This document shows, in pieces, positions 59,492 through 64,000 of a stretch of 64,000 bases of DNA. The notes beneath the pieces were generated by a model, which was not told the origin of the DNA, did no database searches, and saw nothing but the letters and a program-made list of their open reading frames with translations. Source of the DNA: a bacterium (GTDB taxonomy: Bacteria; UBA8248). The first letter of the stretch is position 1, and each line of letters starts with the position of its first letter. The stretch is from the NCBI GenBank assembly GCA_965203325.1, contig OZ241875.1, positions 864,001 to 928,000 of the forward strand, read 5' to 3'. A program made the position numbers and the translations under genes.

Positions 59492-59956
59492 ATGCAAAAC
59501 CTCTACAAAACGCTCATGATTCTCCTCGCGGCATCTTTGCTGCCTCTCGCATCGACTGGCGTGTACGCCGCCGGGCCGAGCGTCATCACCCTCACCCAGA
59601 CGGGATGCCAGTTCACCGAACCCGAGGGGGAGGACCACGGCTTCAAGACCACGGGGGCGGCCGATTGCAAGGCCATCAACTCGAAAAGCGGGAAAAAGCG
59701 CCTCGCCGGCTCCAAAACCATCACGCTGAAGCCCGGCAAATACATTTTCCGGGTGACGAACAAGAACGTGCCCTATCCGCTCGGGTTTTATCTGCGCGGC
59801 GCAGGGGTCGGACGCCTTACGCTGCCGAAAGTCTCGGGGGGCGGCCTCACGAATGGGAAATCGAGGGACTACCACATCACGCTCAAAGAGGGCGACTATC
59901 ACTATTCCTGCCCCCTGAACCCGACGCCCGACTACAGGCTGAAGGTGACGAACTAG
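59492..59956 (+). CDS. Secreted cupredoxin-like fold protein
   Basis: Signal peptide, LKPGKYIFRVTN, GDYHYSCPLNPTP. Confidence 0.6.
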   Translation: MQNLYKTLMILLAASLLPLASTGVYAAGPSVITLTQTGCQFTEPEGEDHGFKTTGAADCKAINSKSGKKRLAGSKTITLKPGKYIFRVTNKNVPYPLGFYLRGAGVGRLTLPKVSGGGLTNGKSRDYHITLKEGDYHYSCPLNPTPDYRLKVTN

Positions 59957-60121
59957 ACTTTCGCGCCAGCGAGAGAGCAGGCCGCGCGCGTCCTCTCGCG
60001 CGTCTATCGCGCTCGTCTCATCAACGAGCGCGTTTTGCGGAAGTCGCCACGTGTGGGGCCTGTTGGAAAAGCCGGTGTGCGGCCCCTACGAAGTCGCTTT
60101 ACACAAATGAGAACACCAAAA

Positions 60122-60275
60122 TCACTCCCCCCTTGAGGGGGAGTCGAAGAGCTAAGGGCGAATGCCCGCAAGCGATTCGGTGGGGGGTATAATCCGGAAT
60201 GGCGATAAAATGCATTTTACCCCCCACCGCATCAGCCTTCGCACAAACCGCTCGGCTTCTGCGACTCCCCCTCAA
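60122..60275. repeat. Family-A palindromic repeat (copy 3), truncated by the IS
   Basis: Close homolog of 931-1114; ends at GACTCCCCCTCAA. Confidence 0.85.
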
Positions 60276-61791
60276 GGGGCTGTTGAAAAACCCCGTTTTG
60301 AAGCGGGAGGTATGGCGTCTCACGCGGCTTGGGAGAGGGAGCCCAATCGGCGCGTGAGGCCGCGGGGAACGCGCATTCGGCGTCTCAAGGCGGCGCAGGC
60401 TCTCCACAGAGCGAACAAACGCGCCGCAACAGCGGCGGCGAGCCGCTTGAGGTTCACCGCAGCCGCCGTCAGGTAGGCCTGGATCCTTATGTTCGCAAGA
60501 CCCCGGCGCACCGCCCGCGCCAGGCCGTGCCAACTCTTCGCCTCGCCGTGATAGCCTTCGGAGCGACCCATGTGCCGGCGCCACAGCCGACCCTCCTCCT
60601 CCCCACGGCGCGCGTGGCGGCGGCGCGCGCGCAACAGCGCCGGATACTCATGCGGAACCAGCACCGTCCGGCTCGTGCGGGACTTCGACAGACAATCGGC
60701 CCTGAGCGCGCAACCCGCGCAATCGCGCGTCCTCGATACATAGTAGCGACCCCACTCCGTCTCCTTCCGGGGGCGCAGCGTCTGGCCCCCCGGACACTTC
60801 ACCACCTTGTGACGCTCATCGTAGCGGAACAGCTGCAACGGCACCCGGCTCTGGGAAGGTTCTTTCTTCGCCGGTATCACCGCGTCCACCCCCCGACGCT
60901 CCAATGCGCCGTACACCTTCGAGTACGCATAGCCCGAATCCGCCGTCACCACCCCGGGCGCGCGCCCCGTGAGTTCGCAAACCGCATCCAACTGCGGCTC
61001 CATCATCTCCCGCTCGTTCAACGTCCCCTCCGTCACCGCAACGTCGAGGACAACGCCCCGCTCATCGTCCACCACCGCGTGATGCTTGTAGCTCGGCTCG
61101 AACCCCGCCCGAGCGCTCTTGCGCGCCAGGCGAGCGTCGGGGTCCGTTCGGCTCACAGGACCCGAACCCCCGCCGCCGCCCTTCTTCCCGCCCTCATCCT
61201 CCGAGTCGTTCTCCCGCACCACCTTCTCCGCGTGGCGCGCCGCCAGACTCTCCCAGCTCACGTCCGCCCGGATCAACGAAGCGTCCATGTGCACCACCTC
61301 TCCCGTCGCCACCTTCGCCTCCACGCAAGCCTGAACCGTGCGGCGCAATATCTCCTTGAACCGCGCCTCCCCCCAGCGCTGACGGATACGCGTCAGGCTC
61401 GAATGGTCCGGCAACTCCTCGTCCAGCCTGTACCCGATGAACCACCGGATCGCCAGGTGCGCCTGCGCCTCGCGCAACAGACGCCGGTCGTGGGCGTAGC
61501 CCAGCAGCAGGCCCGCCAGCATCAACCGAACCACCACCTCGGGGTCCAGGCCCGGACGGCCATTGTCCGCGCAATAGCACTCCGCCACCTCCTCGCGCAG
61601 CCAGCTCAAATCCAGTACGCGGTCCACCTGCCGCAATATGTGATCTTCGGGAATCAACTTCTCCAGCGGGCCGGCCACGAACAAGTCCATCTGCTCGCGC
61701 CTCTTGCGGTCCAACATCGAGGGAACTCCCATCTCGGGCGAGGGGGGATACATCCATACGATCACAAAACCAGGGGTTTTTCAACAGGCCC
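60276..61791 (-). mobile_element. IS1182-family insertion sequence, copy 2 (1516 bp)
   Basis: Same IRs as copy 1. Flanks CTCAA / TTGAG are inverted rather than direct repeats. Confidence 0.88.
60320..61717 (-). CDS. IS1182-family DDE transposase
   Basis: Highly similar but not identical to 24271-25674 (2-aa indel in the Gly-rich linker, different C-terminal tail). Confidence 0.9.
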   Translation of the reverse strand: MLDRKRREQMDLFVAGPLEKLIPEDHILRQVDRVLDLSWLREEVAECYCADNGRPGLDPEVVVRLMLAGLLLGYAHDRRLLREAQAHLAIRWFIGYRLDEELPDHSSLTRIRQRWGEARFKEILRRTVQACVEAKVATGEVVHMDASLIRADVSWESLAARHAEKVVRENDSEDEGGKKGGGGGSGPVSRTDPDARLARKSARAGFEPSYKHHAVVDDERGVVLDVAVTEGTLNEREMMEPQLDAVCELTGRAPGVVTADSGYAYSKVYGALERRGVDAVIPAKKEPSQSRVPLQLFRYDERHKVVKCPGGQTLRPRKETEWGRYYVSRTRDCAGCALRADCLSKSRTSRTVLVPHEYPALLRARRRHARRGEEEGRLWRRHMGRSEGYHGEAKSWHGLARAVRRGLANIRIQAYLTAAAVNLKRLAAAVAARLFALWRACAALRRRMRVPRGLTRRLGSLSQAA

Positions 61792-61952
61792 TTGAGGGTC
61801 GAGCTTCCCGAGGGGAAAGCTCGACGATGAGGTGAGGGTGAAAACCCGAAACCGAATCGGTGGGGGGAGATTTACTCTGTGGCATGTCCCCCCACCAACT
61901 CGCCTGCGGGCTTCGCCCTTGCCTCGTTGACTCCCCCTCAAGGGGGGAGTGA
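61792..61952. repeat. Family-A palindromic repeat (copy 4)
   Basis: Starts TTGAGG at the IS end and finishes GACTCCCCCTCAAGGGGGGAGTGA. Confidence 0.82.
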
Positions 61953-62160
61953 AGTCTCCTCCCTGCTCGGTCGGTTACATAACCCGAATTACAGAATCAG
62001 GTTTTTCAACAACCCCGCCTGGAGGAACGTCCTGCATCCCGGCCCGTGCGATGAATGAAAAATACCGGACGCGCTGGAGACGCACGCCCGCCTTGTCTTA
62101 TAATCATTTCATAAAATCTCGTTTACGTGGAATATGATCGGGAACCATATACCCACCCAC

Positions 62161-63090
62161 ATGAAGTCGTATGGAGAAACTTTCTTGAACCTCGAAAATT
62201 CTCCCACCGTCTGCGTTCTGGGATTCGGCATGGCGGGCAGGCCCATCGCCCGGGGACTGGCGGAGGCCGGGGCGTCGGGGGTGCACGTCTGGAAAAGACC
62301 GCCCTGGCGGCCCGAACACATCGACGCCTCCGATCACCCGGCGATACTCATCACGCAGTCCATGGAAGAGGCGCTCGAAGGCGCGGATTTCGTGCTCTCG
62401 CTCGTCACGCCGGAAAGCGCGCTGGAGGCGGCGCGCAGCGCCTCCCCCTTCATTCGGGACGCCGTATACCTGGATTTGAACACCACGACGCCCGAGGCGA
62501 AGAAAGAAATCGGCCGCGTCATCGAGGCCGGCGGAGGCAGTCCGGTCGACGGGGCGATTTGCGACCCCGCGGAAGTATACGGGCACGAAGTCGTCACCCT
62601 GATCTCGGGTCCCGAAGCCAGGCGCCTGAGCGAGGCCATGGCGCGCTACGGGATGCAGCTTCAGGTGCTGAGCGATCGCGTGGGAGACGCCTCCGCCCTC
62701 AAGGTCGTGCGCAGCGTGTTCACCAAGGGGCTGATGATGACTTTCCTCGAATCCATCGAGGCGGCGAGGCGCTGCGGGCTGGTGGAGGAACTCCTCGAAT
62801 CCATCGCCGGCACCGTGGAGGGCCTTCCGCTCAGGGACCTGGCCCTGAGCCTCGCGGGCACGAGCCTCATCGTCGCCGAAAGGCGCGCACAGGAGATGGA
62901 AGACGTCGTCTCGACGCTCGAATCGCTGGGCGTGGACTCGCACATCAGCGCCGCCTCGCTCGAAAAATTCCGCTGGCTCCAGGGGTTCGATTTCCACGAA
63001 GAACTCGGCGGCGTACCGCCGGAATCGGTCGAAGCCATGCTCCGCGCACTCGCGAAAATTTTCGACGCCTCCCCGAAATCGACAGGTTGA
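62161..63090 (+). CDS. NAD(P)-dependent oxidoreductase, 6-phosphogluconate/3-hydroxyisobutyrate dehydrogenase-like (DUF1932-type C-terminus)
   Basis: VLGFGMAG, YLDLNT, VGDASALKVVRSVFTKG, RRAQEM. Start uncertain. Confidence 0.8.
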   Translation: MKSYGETFLNLENSPTVCVLGFGMAGRPIARGLAEAGASGVHVWKRPPWRPEHIDASDHPAILITQSMEEALEGADFVLSLVTPESALEAARSASPFIRDAVYLDLNTTTPEAKKEIGRVIEAGGGSPVDGAICDPAEVYGHEVVTLISGPEARRLSEAMARYGMQLQVLSDRVGDASALKVVRSVFTKGLMMTFLESIEAARRCGLVEELLESIAGTVEGLPLRDLALSLAGTSLIVAERRAQEMEDVVSTLESLGVDSHISAASLEKFRWLQGFDFHEELGGVPPESVEAMLRALAKIFDASPKSTG

Positions 63091-63288
63091 AAAAACCCGC
63101 CTTCAGGTAAAAAGAATCTTGATTTTGTGCTTCTATACCCTTGATTTTCGGGAGCGGCATCTGCTAGCATCGCTCTGCGCTTGGGGGTATCCAGGCTGAC
63201 ATAATTCTCAGAAAAATGAATCGCCAGGGAGCCCGTTCCCTCGGGATTCGAATCGCAAGAATAATCATTTTTCGAGGAGGGATTATCC

Positions 63289-63600
63289 ATGACATTTGTA
63301 ATCGGGGAAAAATGCCTGGGCGAGCGCTATGCGACGTGCGTGAGCGTCTGTCCCGTAGATTGTATGCACCCCGGTGAATACAAAGGGGAGCCCTTCCTGA
63401 TCATCGACCCCGAGGAGTGCATCGACTGCGGCGTCTGCCAGCCGGAATGCCCCATTGACGCCATTCTGGAGAGCGAAGACGACGACCCCGTATGGGCGGA
63501 AATCAACGCGGAACTCACCGAGGAATTCAAGAACAACGAGCCGGTCGAGCCGCGCCCGGCGAACGACCCGCCGCGCAGGTCGGACAACGTGCTGCGCTAG
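63289..63600 (+). CDS. 7Fe/8Fe ferredoxin, FdxA-like
   Basis: C...CVSVCPVDC and IDPEECIDCGVCQPECP. Confidence 0.92.
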   Translation: MTFVIGEKCLGERYATCVSVCPVDCMHPGEYKGEPFLIIDPEECIDCGVCQPECPIDAILESEDDDPVWAEINAELTEEFKNNEPVEPRPANDPPRRSDNVLR

Positions 63601-63620
63601 CTCCATCCTGCTGATTCAAA

Positions 63621-63653
63621 CACCGCGGTCATCGGGCCGCGGTGTTTTTTATT
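63621..63653 (+). terminator. Rho-independent terminator
   Basis: CACCGCGGTC-ATCG-GGCCGCGGTG hairpin followed by TTTTTTATTT. Confidence 0.8.
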
Positions 63654-63713
63654 TACGCCGAAGCGCGTTTTCATTCTTCCCGCCGCATGAAAACGCGGAT
63701 TTCCGAGGGAACC

Positions 63714-64000
63714 ATGGTTTTACGTCCACCCGCAAAAGACGGCCCGCTCATCGCGGTCGCCGGAACGCGCTTCGGGCCCCCCACGGTCGAGGAGGAAATA
63801 CTCTCGCCTCTGGGTTCCCGCCTGCGTCTGGGCATGGGAGCGGACGCTGAATCCCTGGTTGAACTCTGCGCGGAGGCGGAAGGCGTCATCATCGGCTCGA
63901 TTCCCGCCTTCACCGCAGAGGTCATCGCTCGGCTAAAGCATTGTAAAATTCTCGCGCGCGGCGGCGTGGGCGTGGACAACGTCGACCTCGAAGCCGCAAG
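63714..64000 (+). CDS. D-isomer 2-hydroxyacid dehydrogenase family (3' partial)
   Basis: Translated by hand: ...FTAEVIARLKHCKILARGGVGVDNVDLEAA, running off the window edge. Confidence 0.82.
   Translation, partial: MVLRPPAKDGPLIAVAGTRFGPPTVEEEILSPLGSRLRLGMGADAESLVELCAEAEGVIIGSIPAFTAEVIARLKHCKILARGGVGVDNVDLEAA

Noticed and set aside
63180..63270. GGGATTCGAATC resembling a tRNA T-loop
   Set aside because: No cloverleaf, acceptor stem or CCA end can be formed.

Overview
A GC-rich bacterial chromosomal window; the organism cannot be identified from sequence alone. It has about 60 protein genes and no rRNA, tRNA or CRISPR array that I can support. Content in order: M20 deacylase, acyl-CoA dehydrogenase, msrB, VOC protein; an 11.2-kb all-minus-strand block (YtkA-like gene, one LIV-type binding protein with two full LivHMGF sets, VOC, orphan CoxS, LLM oxidoreductase) bracketed by an inverted pair of a ~400-bp element; a lipoprotein TPR-CHAT protease / secreted protein / CHASE2 adenylate cyclase operon; asparaginase; MBL hydrolase; a complete mrpABCDEFG operon; YceI; a Fe3+-type ABC transporter; an arsC remnant plus aquaglyceroporin; a cyclase / SucCD-like / ThDP-enzyme cluster; a GIY-YIG nuclease; two c-type cytochromes, one with NPC repeats; three toxin-antitoxin-type pairs; a BtuF-like gene plus a DUF5522-Dph6-like fusion; a two-component system; and two IS1182-family copies. 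The most striking unexplained structure is non-coding. Intergenic spaces hold nested palindromic elements: IS1182-like ends enclose REP-doublet hairpins, which the full IS itself targets. The hairpin spacers occur in both orientations between identical flanks, and one sub-hairpin shows compensatory base changes. All functional calls come from motif recognition by eye; no database searches were run.
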